Shown here in pieces: positions 37,546 through 47,311 of a stretch of 64,000 bases of DNA. How positions within the stretch are numbered: the first letter of the stretch is position 1; each line of letters begins with the position of its first letter. The DNA lies in contig CAXFSR010000009.1 in the NCBI GenBank assembly GCA_964005815.1, forward strand, positions 69,973 through 133,972, in the 5' to 3' direction. The notes under the pieces are model-generated. The model worked only from the letters and a program-made list of their open reading frames with translations, did not search any database and was not told the DNA's origin. The stretch is from an uncultured Nitrospinaceae bacterium. GTDB lineage: Bacteria; UBA8248. A program made the translations under genes and the position numbers.

Positions 37546-38499
37546 ATGGTTCTAGATTATTTAGAATTAAGAAAAAGGACTCAGGATAGGGATAAGTCAC
37601 TTAGAGAGAAAGTGATGAGTTTGGAAGAAGCCTCAACACTTGTGTCTAATGGAGATCATATAGCACTTGGTGGTTCAACGGCGTCAAGAACATCATTTGC
37701 TCTTCTTTGGGCACTCATAAGAGCTAAGAAAAAAGATTTGACTTTTTCAAGAAGCATAGTTTCTACGGAAGGAGATCTGATTTTTGCTTCTGGAATAGGA
37801 AAAGAGATTCAAACTAGTTGGTTTAGTCAAGGAATTGTATGGGGTGTTTCAAGAGTAATGAGACATTTTACAGAAAATAATTTGGCGACCTATAGAGAAT
37901 GGAGTCATATGTCCATTGGGTTACGTTATAGGGCGGGGGCTATGGGAGTTCCATTTATGCCGATGAGATCAATGATGGGATCTGATGTTGCTGATCAACT
38001 AGAAAATCTGAAAGAGATTCCTTGTCCTTTTACAGGAGAAAAAATCTTATTGGTTCCCGCTCTAAACCCTGATGTTGCGCTTATACATGTACAACGATGT
38101 GATGCATTTGGGAATGCACAATTAGACGGATTGACTTTCATGGATCTAGATATGGCTATGGCCGCAAATCGTGTAATCATAACTACTGAACGAATCATTT
38201 CTAATGATAAAATAAGAAGATCTCCTGATTTGACGAAGATCCCTTTTTTCACTGTTGATGGTGTAGTTGAGGTCCCATATGGTTGTGTTCCTCATGAATG
38301 TTATGGGGTCTATGAACCCTTGTTTTCGCATATGGATTATTATGCCGATCTTACACGGAAAGACCCTATGGAAGGGGTTCAAGAATATCTGGAAAAATTT
38401 TATTACTCTCCAAAAAATTGGAATGAATACCTTGATTTAATTGGAATAGATGAAATTCTCGATGCAACTCAAAGAGGGAGAAGTATTTATGACGATTAA
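37546..38499 (+). CDS. CoA-transferase subunit A (glutaconate CoA-transferase GctA-like)
   Basis: KVMSLEEA, RYRAGAMGVPF, CPFTGE...VPALNPDVALIHVQRCD..GNA. Confidence 0.9.
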   Translation: MVLDYLELRKRTQDRDKSLREKVMSLEEASTLVSNGDHIALGGSTASRTSFALLWALIRAKKKDLTFSRSIVSTEGDLIFASGIGKEIQTSWFSQGIVWGVSRVMRHFTENNLATYREWSHMSIGLRYRAGAMGVPFMPMRSMMGSDVADQLENLKEIPCPFTGEKILLVPALNPDVALIHVQRCDAFGNAQLDGLTFMDLDMAMAANRVIITTERIISNDKIRRSPDLTKIPFFTVDGVVEVPYGCVPHECYGVYEPLFSHMDYYADLTRKDPMEGVQEYLEKFYYSPKNWNEYLDLIGIDEILDATQRGRSIYDD

Positions 38500-39259
38500 T
38501 TCTAATTCTTTTACCTCTTCAGAACTCCTCTGTATCATGAGTTCGCGTGCTTTAAAAGATGGCCAAGTGGTTTTTGCCGGTGTGGGTATTCCTTTATTGG
38601 CTGCTACACTTGCACAAAGATTGCACGCGCCTGGATTAACCATTCTCTTCGAAGGCGGAACTATAGGTCCACATATTGTTCCTGGAGAATTACCGCCGAC
38701 AACCAATGAGCAACGTTGTACTAGAAAAGCCAATATGTTGGTCAGTATTACGGAAGTTCTTCTCTTGTTGCAAAGAGGTTATGTAGATGTTGGATTTATG
38801 GGAGGAGCTCAAATAGACAAATATGGAAATTTAAATAGTTCTTTCATTGGAAGTGCTGATAATCCTTCAGTGAGATTACCCGGAACTGGGGGTGGAAATG
38901 ATATTGCAAGTCTTTCGAATATGATTGTTGCTATGCCACAAGAAAAACGTCGTTTTGTTGACAAAGTGGATTTTATAACAAGCCCTGGATACATTAGTGG
39001 TGGGAGCACTCGAAAGGATTCCGGTTTGATCTCTGGCGGAATGTACAGAATTGTCACAGATTTGGCGATTCTTGGGTTTGATGAAAGTGGAAGGATGCAG
39101 GTAGAAGCGTTACATCCTGATGTAACTGCAGAACAGGTAAAAGAAAATACAGGTTTTGAACTTGTGATTCCCGAGAATATACCAAGAACAGATACTCCAA
39201 CAGAAGAAGAGTTAAGTGCTCTAAGAATTTTAGATCCTGATAAAGTTTACACCGCTTAA
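38489..39259 (+). CDS. CoA-transferase subunit B (GctB-like)
   Basis: FAGVGIP, FEGG (catalytic Glu region), GGAQIDKYGNLN, RLPGTGGGNDIAS. Overlaps the subunit A stop. Confidence 0.9.
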   Translation: MTINSNSFTSSELLCIMSSRALKDGQVVFAGVGIPLLAATLAQRLHAPGLTILFEGGTIGPHIVPGELPPTTNEQRCTRKANMLVSITEVLLLLQRGYVDVGFMGGAQIDKYGNLNSSFIGSADNPSVRLPGTGGGNDIASLSNMIVAMPQEKRRFVDKVDFITSPGYISGGSTRKDSGLISGGMYRIVTDLAILGFDESGRMQVEALHPDVTAEQVKENTGFELVIPENIPRTDTPTEEELSALRILDPDKVYTA

Positions 39260-39273
39260 AATTCGGAGAAACA

Positions 39274-40545
39274 TTGGTGCAACAAGAAAAAGAGATTCTT
39301 TTAAAAGAAATAGAGAGTAGGTCGGAAGAAATAATAGATTTGCTTTCTGATTTGGTTAAGATTCCTAGTGTTACTGGGGAAGAGGGTGAGATCCAGAGAT
39401 ATATAGCAAAGTTTCTAAGTGAAATGGGTCTTGATGTTGATGTTTGGGAGTCAGACTGGGAGGAATTAAAAAAACATTCTGAGTATGTGCCTGTCACAAG
39501 GGGGTATGATGGAAGACCAAATGTTGTTGCAGTTTTAAAAGGAACAGGAGGTGGAAAATCTCTTCTACTTAATGGTCATACAGACACTGTCCCTAATGGT
39601 CCTCTAGATTCGTGGCAATTTGATCCACTTTCTGCAGAAATTTCAAATGGTCGCCTTTATGGAAGAGGTTCTTCCGATATGAAGAGCGGAGTTGCTGCAA
39701 TCATTATGGCAGTCAAAAGTATTATGGAATCTGGAAGAAAATTAAAGGGCGATGTTATTTTGGATTTTGTAGTTGATGAAGAATTAAGTGGTCATGGCAC
39801 ATTAGATACTATACTCAGAGGCTATACGGCTGATGCAGGAATTTGTTGTGAGACTAGTGAAAATGCGATTCAACCTGCATGTATCGGAAGAATATGGTTT
39901 GAAATTATAGTTCGAGGTAAAGCAGCAGGTATACAAAGAAGATATGAAGGTGTAAATGCTATTGACTTAGGTTATAAAATAGTAAAGGCAGTCTCAGCAC
40001 TTGAAGAAGATAGGTTGAAGACGATCGAGCATCCACTTTATCCAAAAGTAATTGATGCGATTCCCTGTATGATAGGTTCTATGGAAGCTGGAAGTTTTCC
40101 AAGTGCTTTTCCCGATACTTGTATATTGAAGGGAAGCTTAGCTACAGTTCCAGGAGAAGATCACAATGCTGCAAAACAAAGCTTAATTGATAAAGTTAAT
40201 ACTGTAGCATTTGAAGATTCTTGGATGAAGGAGAACCCTCCCGAGGTAGTCTTTACAGGCTATTATGCAGAATCTGCAGAAGTTGATGTTGAGCACCCAA
40301 TCGTAAAAACGGTTGCTAGTTGTTATCAAAAAGTCACTGGCAAAATTCCAGAAATTTCGGGAAGACAAGGTGCAGCTGATACGAGGTTTCTAAATGGTTT
40401 TGCAAATATTCCAACGGTCATTTTTGGGCCGGGTCCAACTACACAAATGCATGCAAATAACGAGTGGGTTTTGGTAGATGATGTGGTTGATGCGACTAAG
40501 ACACTAGCCCTTTCGATACTTGATTGGTGTGAATTGTCCATGTGA
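39274..40545 (+). CDS. M20 family ArgE/DapE-like deacylase
   Basis: LLNGHTDTVP, GRGSSDMKSG, VVDEE, CET, AADTR, FGPG...MH..NE. Confidence 0.9.
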   Translation: MVQQEKEILLKEIESRSEEIIDLLSDLVKIPSVTGEEGEIQRYIAKFLSEMGLDVDVWESDWEELKKHSEYVPVTRGYDGRPNVVAVLKGTGGGKSLLLNGHTDTVPNGPLDSWQFDPLSAEISNGRLYGRGSSDMKSGVAAIIMAVKSIMESGRKLKGDVILDFVVDEELSGHGTLDTILRGYTADAGICCETSENAIQPACIGRIWFEIIVRGKAAGIQRRYEGVNAIDLGYKIVKAVSALEEDRLKTIEHPLYPKVIDAIPCMIGSMEAGSFPSAFPDTCILKGSLATVPGEDHNAAKQSLIDKVNTVAFEDSWMKENPPEVVFTGYYAESAEVDVEHPIVKTVASCYQKVTGKIPEISGRQGAADTRFLNGFANIPTVIFGPGPTTQMHANNEWVLVDDVVDATKTLALSILDWCELSM

Positions 40546-40558
40546 TTTGGAGAAATTT

Positions 40559-41512
40559 ATGAAGAGTAATGTAAGATTTGGTATTGCTATGCGAAATTTT
40601 ACTGCATACCCAGAACTGCCTGATCCAAAGAAATTATTAGATTATGCTGTCAAAATGGAAGAATTCGAATTTGAATCTTTGTGGGTTTGGGACCATATAC
40701 TATTAGGTGTAGAACCACATTTCCCGATAATCGATTCATTAACATTATTAACTGCAGTTGCCGCGAAAACAACAAAGATTAAACTTGGCACAGGAGTTTT
40801 AGTTTTACCTCTTAGGAATCCTCTGGTTTTAGCGAAACAACTTGCAAGTATTGATCAGATTTCTGAAGGACGTTTAATAGTTGGAATGGCATCTGGTTGG
40901 TATAAGCGTGAATTTGATGCTGTAGGAGTTCCTTTTGAGAAAAGAGGAAATATTATGGATGAGAATATTGAGATAATTACTCGACTCTGGACTGAAGATA
41001 TGGTTTTAGGGGAATACGGTGATTATAATTTAAGAAACTCGGTGATGTTTCCAAAGCCAGTTCAGAAACCTAAGCCTCAAATTCTCATTGGAGGTTATGT
41101 TAATAGAGTTCTAAAAAGAGCTGGTGAAAAAGGAGATGGTTGGCTCACATATTTTTATACTCCGGATAGCTTTCTAAAGTCTTGGAAAAAAGTTTGTGAG
41201 TATGCTGAAAATGCTGGTAGGGACCCAACTATATTAGAAAGTACAAACCAACTTCCTATAGCTATTGGTGATTCGAGGTCAGAAATTTTTGGTCCAATGC
41301 AAGAATGGTTGAGGACTGAATGGGACTATGCCGATTGGAGTGATTCTACAGCTGAAAGCGCAATTATTGGGAATGTAGATGAATGTATTGAACAGATTCA
41401 AGAACATATCGAAACTGGCCTAGATCGTATCATTTTTGTCCCATATAAATATGATCTAAAACAGATTGAAGTAATTTCGAAAGAGATTATTCCTCAATTA
41501 GAACAAAAATAA
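40559..41512 (+). CDS. Luciferase-like (LLM class) oxidoreductase, possibly F420-dependent
   Basis: ESLWVWDH, LGTGVLVLPLRNP, GW...EFDAVGVPF..RG, PKPVQKP. Confidence 0.88.
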   Translation: MKSNVRFGIAMRNFTAYPELPDPKKLLDYAVKMEEFEFESLWVWDHILLGVEPHFPIIDSLTLLTAVAAKTTKIKLGTGVLVLPLRNPLVLAKQLASIDQISEGRLIVGMASGWYKREFDAVGVPFEKRGNIMDENIEIITRLWTEDMVLGEYGDYNLRNSVMFPKPVQKPKPQILIGGYVNRVLKRAGEKGDGWLTYFYTPDSFLKSWKKVCEYAENAGRDPTILESTNQLPIAIGDSRSEIFGPMQEWLRTEWDYADWSDSTAESAIIGNVDECIEQIQEHIETGLDRIIFVPYKYDLKQIEVISKEIIPQLEQK

Positions 41513-41534
41513 TTTTTTAACACTATTTTTTTGA

Positions 41535-42602
41535 TTGGAGTTGCAATTGGTTATTGAAAAAAGTTCGTGGGACAGGTTCAAAATTTATTCAAACAATATG
41601 TTTGAAGCTATTGGTGGGACACCTTTAGTTAAACTTAACAGTGTAGGTTCTGATCTTTCAAGTGATATCTTTGTGAAAATAGAATGGTACTCGCCAACCG
41701 GGAGTCTGAAAGATCGAATTTATTACAATATGATTAGTAAAGCTGAGGAGAGAGGCGAATTAAAAAAAGGCATGACTGTTTTAGAATGCTCTACTGGAAA
41801 CGCTGGTATAGCATGTTCCTTTGTTGCAACGGTAAAAGGTTATTCATGTACAGTGGTTATGCCTGAAGGAATGAGTGTTGAGAGAAAAAAAATTATGCGT
41901 GCTTATGGGAGTGAACTTATTTTCACTCCAGGAGGAGAAAGCGATGTAGATTTAGCACTTCAAAAACTAGAGGAAATTCGTTCTAAAGATCCCGAGAAAT
42001 ATTGGGTTCCTGCTCAATTCGACAATTTAGACAATAATGAAGCTCACTATTTAACTACTGGTCCTGAGATTTGGGAACAGCTAAACGAAAAGGTTGATGC
42101 AATCATAGGTTCTCAGGGAACAGGAGGATGGATTAGCGGGATAGGTAAATTTTTGAAAGAGAAAAAAAATGATATTGAGATTTTTGCAGTTGAACCATCA
42201 GAATGCCCATTGTTAAGTAAGAGACAATGGGGGACCCATGGGATTGAGGGTATTGGGGATGGATTTGTCCCAAAAGCTTTGGATTTATCAATCTTAAAAG
42301 GTATCGTAACTACCTCGACTGAAGAATCGTTGGAAATGGCTAAAAAGCTTGCAAAAGAAGAAGGTATTTTCTGTGGGATTTCATCTGGGTGTAATGTTAT
42401 CGCTGCAATTAAACTCGCACGTTCAAGGCCTCATCTTAAAAATATTGTTACAAATATTTGCGATACCGGCCAAAGATATTTTACAACAGAACTTTGTGGA
42501 GAAGAAAAAGAGATTGAAATTCCGGATCGTACTCACATTATAGACGAATATAGTAAATCCGAACTCGATAAATTTTCAAAAGATTGGGCAATTATTGATT
42601 AA
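41535..42602 (+). CDS. PLP-dependent cysteine synthase family protein (CysK/CysM-like); start uncertain
   Basis: IGGTPLVKL, PTGSLKDR, ECSTGNAG, QFDN..N, TTGPEI, GTGG, HGIEGIGDGF, GISSG, CDTG.RY. Confidence 0.88.
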   Translation: MELQLVIEKSSWDRFKIYSNNMFEAIGGTPLVKLNSVGSDLSSDIFVKIEWYSPTGSLKDRIYYNMISKAEERGELKKGMTVLECSTGNAGIACSFVATVKGYSCTVVMPEGMSVERKKIMRAYGSELIFTPGGESDVDLALQKLEEIRSKDPEKYWVPAQFDNLDNNEAHYLTTGPEIWEQLNEKVDAIIGSQGTGGWISGIGKFLKEKKNDIEIFAVEPSECPLLSKRQWGTHGIEGIGDGFVPKALDLSILKGIVTTSTEESLEMAKKLAKEEGIFCGISSGCNVIAAIKLARSRPHLKNIVTNICDTGQRYFTTELCGEEKEIEIPDRTHIIDEYSKSELDKFSKDWAIID

Positions 42603-42802
42603 ATTTCGTTGTTTTTGATTAAGAGTTTTTTTCCGATCCAGTTCTCAAATTTTATAATTATTTTATTGATCATCAACCAAAAAAGATAGCGAATTGTTAT
42701 AGTTAGGACTTAGAAATAAGCTTTGTTTGACATTCTTTGTGTTTTTTAGATGAGTTACCGTGTTATTAGAAAAGATATAAATAGTTGATGACGGGGACGA
42801 AA

Positions 42803-45073
42803 ATGAACTCAAAGATAATAGGTAAACCATTGCCTATAATAGATGCTGCTGAGAAAGTATCAGGTGGTACTGCTTATATAGATGATTTGAAATTAAAAGA
42901 TATGTTGGTTGGTTTAGCATTAAGGAGTCCTCATTCCCACGCAAGAATTTTAAAAATTGATACTTCAGATGCAGAGAATCTGCCCGGTGTGGCCGCCGTC
43001 CTTTCAAAAAACAATACAACAAATAAAAAGTTCGGAATTAATTTGAAAGATGAGACTGCTTTCTGTTGTGACAAAGCTAGATATATAGGAGATGAAATTG
43101 CTGCAGTTGCGGCAGTTGATAGAGAAACTGCGCAGGAAGCAATTTCTTTAATAAAGGTTGATTATGAAATTCTTCCGGCAATTTTTGATCCATTTTCTTC
43201 GTTGGAAAAGACTTCCCCTATTTTGCATGAATCTAATTCTCAAAACATAGCTAATGCGTTTCATATTAAAAGAGGGGAAGTAGACAAAGCATTTTCATGT
43301 TCGGATGAAGTTTTTGACGGTGATTTCCATACTCATTTGGCTCACCAGGCTTATTTAGAACCAACAGGATGTGTGGCTGATTCTCACCCTAACGGAAAAA
43401 TAACGATATGGGGATGCCTGCAATCTGCATTTTTGATTCGAACCTTTATGCTTTCACCAATTTTGAATATGAAAGCGGATAATTTTCGTGTTATACAAAC
43501 AAAACCTGGAGGAGCATTTGGTGGAAAATTAGACGTAAAAGCTGCATTGATAGCGGCTATGCTCTCTAAAGAGGCTGGAAAACCTGTCAAGTTTCTTCTT
43601 AGTTTAGAGGAAGATTTAACTTGTATGCGTCCAAGAATGCCGGTCCATATTTCCTTAGAATCTGCATGGAAAAGGGATGGGACTCTTTTGGGAAAACGTG
43701 TAAAAATTGTTGCAGATAATGGTGCATACAGTTCACTTTCACCAGCAATCATGAGTTCTATAGCATTAAGAACAGATAATTTATACAAAACTCCTGCATC
43801 TGAGATTGAAGGAAAACTCGTTTATACTAATCTAATTCCATCTGGTCAAATGAGAGGATTTGGTAATGTGCAAGCAACATATGCATGGGAAAGTCATTTA
43901 GATGATATTGCGGATAACCTGCAAATAGATCCTGCGGAACTTCGAATAAAAAATTACACAGCAAAAGGAGATGTTTCTCTACATGGTTGGAAAATAGCAA
44001 GCTGTGCAGTAGAGGACGCTACTAAATATGTTGTAGATAAAATCAAGTGGAAAAAAAAGAGGCAAAAAGGAGGAAAGGGAATAGGTGTTGGATTGGCGAG
44101 TTGTATTCATGTTTCAGGCAATAAAGGGTTCTCTGTGGAACTTGGACCAGATGATACTGATCCTTCAAGTTGTGAAATTAGAATAGATCGAGAGGGGAAA
44201 ATTGAAATGTGGTCTGGAGAATCTGATTTAGGACAAGGGGCTACTAGTGTTATGGCTTTTATTGCTTCGGAAGTCCTGAATATTCCAGTTGAAAATTTCA
44301 AAGTCCCACCTACAGATACAGGTTATATGCCTTTTGGCATGGGTGCATTTGCTAGTAGAACAACCTTGATAGGGGGAAATGCAGTTAAAATTGCTGCAGA
44401 AGACTTAAGAGAAAAACTATTGTCTGTTGCTTCTGAATTTTTGGAGGTATCTGCAGATCAACTTCACATTTCTAATGATGAAGTGATCATTTCTTCACTG
44501 CCGAACCGAAAAATATCTCTTGTAGAGTTAGTGAAGAAGAAAGGCAACGTTATAAAAGGAAGTGGGACATGGTTGGCGGGAGGAGAGGTTCTTGATGAGA
44601 ACAAATATGGAAATCCATCTACTACATATTCTTTTAGTACCCACGGGGCAGAAGTTTTTGTCGATATAGAAACTGGAGAAGTTAAAGTTTTGAAAATTTT
44701 CTGTGGACACGATCCAGGAAAGGTTATTAATCGCTTGGGTGCGGAGGGACAAGTAGAGGGGGGAACAGTTCAAGGAATGAGTTATGCCCTAATGGAAAAT
44801 TTAAACCAGATAGATGGCTCAATTCAGGGGAGCAATTTTCATAATTATCTGATAGCAACTTCGATGGATGTGCCTTTTATAGAACACGATTTTTTTGAAT
44901 CTATTGATCCCTATGGTCCTTATGGCGCGAAGGGACTTGCTGAGGTAGCAATAAATCCCATTACTGCTGCTATTTGTAATGCAATATATCATGCAACTGG
45001 CGGTGCTAGAATAAGAAAATTGCCAATTACACCAGAGCACGTTCTCGAGGCAATAGCAGGTATAAAGGAATAA
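42803..45073 (+). CDS. Xanthine dehydrogenase family molybdopterin-binding (large) subunit
   Basis: RSPHSHARI, HQAYLEP, GGAFGGK, MRGFG, GQG, ASRTT, GQVEGG..QG, GPYGAKGLAE. Confidence 0.92.
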   Translation: MNSKIIGKPLPIIDAAEKVSGGTAYIDDLKLKDMLVGLALRSPHSHARILKIDTSDAENLPGVAAVLSKNNTTNKKFGINLKDETAFCCDKARYIGDEIAAVAAVDRETAQEAISLIKVDYEILPAIFDPFSSLEKTSPILHESNSQNIANAFHIKRGEVDKAFSCSDEVFDGDFHTHLAHQAYLEPTGCVADSHPNGKITIWGCLQSAFLIRTFMLSPILNMKADNFRVIQTKPGGAFGGKLDVKAALIAAMLSKEAGKPVKFLLSLEEDLTCMRPRMPVHISLESAWKRDGTLLGKRVKIVADNGAYSSLSPAIMSSIALRTDNLYKTPASEIEGKLVYTNLIPSGQMRGFGNVQATYAWESHLDDIADNLQIDPAELRIKNYTAKGDVSLHGWKIASCAVEDATKYVVDKIKWKKKRQKGGKGIGVGLASCIHVSGNKGFSVELGPDDTDPSSCEIRIDREGKIEMWSGESDLGQGATSVMAFIASEVLNIPVENFKVPPTDTGYMPFGMGAFASRTTLIGGNAVKIAAEDLREKLLSVASEFLEVSADQLHISNDEVIISSLPNRKISLVELVKKKGNVIKGSGTWLAGGEVLDENKYGNPSTTYSFSTHGAEVFVDIETGEVKVLKIFCGHDPGKVINRLGAEGQVEGGTVQGMSYALMENLNQIDGSIQGSNFHNYLIATSMDVPFIEHDFFESIDPYGPYGAKGLAEVAINPITAAICNAIYHATGGARIRKLPITPEHVLEAIAGIKE

Positions 45074-45115
45074 ATTTTACGTTTTATGATTCTTTTCATT
45101 AAAGAGGGTTAGATT

Positions 45116-46072
45116 ATGGAGAATTTTCATTTTGGATATCTTCTTCCTACAAGAGGAGTCGTTGTATCTGCAAAAGGCGGTGCCCCTGATATGACTTCAA
45201 TAGTAACTTTAGCCCAAAAAGCTGAAAATCTTAATTTGGATTCTGTATGGTTAGGAGATAGTGTACTTGCAAAGCCGAGAATGGAAAGTTTTACAACGTG
45301 GGCTGCAGTTCTTGCATCAACAAAAAGAGTTCAGGTTGGTACTGCGGTATTACTTGCTGCTTTAAGACATCCAATTATGTTAGCTCAGTCATTGACAACT
45401 CTTGACTGTATGTTCTCTGGGAGAGTCCTTCCTGGTTTAGGAGTAGGCCGGGAAGATTTGAAAGATGAATTTGAGGCACTTGGGGTGAAAATTTCTGAAA
45501 GGGCAAAACGTTTTTCTGAAACTATTGAAATTGTGAAATTGTTAATGAGTGAAAGAAATTGTAATTTCTCTGGTAAACACTTTTCTTTTGAAAATGTAGA
45601 CCTAGAACCAAGACCTTTTAGTAAAGGAGGCCCACCGTTATGGATTGCTAGTAATTTTGTTCAATCCGGATTACGTCGTGTTGCCCGTTTAGCTGATGGA
45701 TGGATAACTAATTCAATTACTCCGGACATTTACCAGCAGTGTTGGAACGCCATACTAGAGTATGGTGAGGATTACGATAGAAAGAATCTAGAAGATATTC
45801 CTCAATGTCTTTACGTAACGATGAATATAAATCCAAATGGTGAAAAGGCGAAAAAAGAGGCTGGTGATTTTCTTTCAAAATATTATCATAAAACATTTGA
45901 CGAAATTCAAAAACAACTTCTCGTTATAGTCGGGGATGGAGATCAGGTTGAAGAAAAGCTTCGTTCCTACAGTGATATAGGTGCTTCTACGTTTATCATT
46001 CGTTTTGCAGGAGGAAGTCAAGTAGAGCAGATGGAAAATCTTGTGTCAGAACTTATACCTCGTTTTAAATAG
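45116..46072 (+). CDS. Luciferase-like (LLM class) flavin-dependent oxidoreductase
   Basis: DSVWLGDS, VGTAVLL..LRHP, GR...GLGVG, RVARLADGW. Confidence 0.88.
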   Translation: MENFHFGYLLPTRGVVVSAKGGAPDMTSIVTLAQKAENLNLDSVWLGDSVLAKPRMESFTTWAAVLASTKRVQVGTAVLLAALRHPIMLAQSLTTLDCMFSGRVLPGLGVGREDLKDEFEALGVKISERAKRFSETIEIVKLLMSERNCNFSGKHFSFENVDLEPRPFSKGGPPLWIASNFVQSGLRRVARLADGWITNSITPDIYQQCWNAILEYGEDYDRKNLEDIPQCLYVTMNINPNGEKAKKEAGDFLSKYYHKTFDEIQKQLLVIVGDGDQVEEKLRSYSDIGASTFIIRFAGGSQVEQMENLVSELIPRFK

Positions 46073-46087
46073 GGATGATAAAAGATT

Positions 46088-47272
46088 ATGGTTTTAGAAA
46101 ATGGAATTGGTGTTACAAAGGAAGAAATAAAATCTAGATTGGAAAAAACTCGTGTTTTAATGGAGAAGGAGAAAATAGAGTTTTTGATCGTAATTGGACG
46201 TTCCTTTTACGACAGAATGGGAAGTCTTGCGTACCTGACAAACCACTTCCCTCCGTTCCCTCCTGGCGCTTTTAGTCCTACAGTTCGGGGTATGGGGCAT
46301 GGTGTCTTATTGTTACCTTTAGATTCTAATCCCTTACTGTTAGTTGATCACAGAAATTTTCGAGAGGATATGGTTCACATCGATGATGTACAAGTAGAGA
46401 CAAATTTCTCTAAAGCTATTATTGATTATTTGGAACAAGGTCTTCAAAAAAAAAATGGGAGAGTTGGAATTGCTGGTGAAGATATAATGCCTGCAACCAT
46501 GTATATTGATCTAAAGCAAAACTTAGATAACGTTAATTTTGTAAACTCAAATTATATTGTAGAGCAATTGAGATCCGAAAAGACTCCAGTGGAAATCAAG
46601 TATCTTAGAAAAGCCGCAAAAATAACCGAATTTGCGTATAAAAGTATTTTTGCTGCAATCAAACCTGGAGTAAGGGAATGTGATCTTTGTGCGGAGGGAC
46701 ATGCTGCAGGCATGAAAGCCGGTGCAGATTTTGTTCGTTATGTGAGAGTTCACAGTGGTCCTTGGTCAAGTTGGGGTTCTCGTTGGCCACAAGCAACACA
46801 GAGAAAAATAGAGTCTGGCGATTTGATACGCTTTGATTATGTTGGCGCAGTAGAAGGATATGGTTTTGACGTTAATAGGACTTTTGTTGTGCCGGGAAAG
46901 AAGATTAATGCGAAAATTTCAAAAATGCTTGAATTAACGGTTGAAGTTTTACGAAGTGCAGTTTCTGCAGTTAAACCAGGAATTGCAGTTTCCGATATAC
47001 ATAAAAAAGCCAGTGAAAAACTTGATGAAGAGATTCCGGAAGGTAGCAAATATCTCTTTCCGATGGCTGGTCATGGAATAGGGTTGGAGACAGTAGAAAA
47101 TCCTATAATTCGTCCGGATAATGATGAGAAAGTAAAGAAAAACATGGTGCTTTGTATAGAACCTCAATTTGTGATTCCTGAAGTAGGTGGAACGAATATA
47201 GAACAGATGCTATTAATAACAGATACCGGCAATGAAATTCTTACGAATACTCCCGTAAGAACTTGGGAATAA
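46088..47272 (+). CDS. M24 family (Xaa-Pro aminopeptidase/creatinase-fold) protein
   Basis: Full metal-ligand set: D (RFDY), D (FDVNRT), H (GHGIG), E (IEP), E (IEQ). Confidence 0.88.
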   Translation: MVLENGIGVTKEEIKSRLEKTRVLMEKEKIEFLIVIGRSFYDRMGSLAYLTNHFPPFPPGAFSPTVRGMGHGVLLLPLDSNPLLLVDHRNFREDMVHIDDVQVETNFSKAIIDYLEQGLQKKNGRVGIAGEDIMPATMYIDLKQNLDNVNFVNSNYIVEQLRSEKTPVEIKYLRKAAKITEFAYKSIFAAIKPGVRECDLCAEGHAAGMKAGADFVRYVRVHSGPWSSWGSRWPQATQRKIESGDLIRFDYVGAVEGYGFDVNRTFVVPGKKINAKISKMLELTVEVLRSAVSAVKPGIAVSDIHKKASEKLDEEIPEGSKYLFPMAGHGIGLETVENPIIRPDNDEKVKKNMVLCIEPQFVIPEVGGTNIEQMLLITDTGNEILTNTPVRTWE

Positions 47273-47311
47273 TTATGAAATTGAAAGCATAAAAATGTTT
47301 GTGAGGTTCTT

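Noticed and set aside
46088..47272. Assignment of the M24 protein or the cupins as DMSP lyases (DddP/DddK/DddW)
   Set aside because: Only fold-level motifs are visible and there is no diagnostic similarity I can support without a search.
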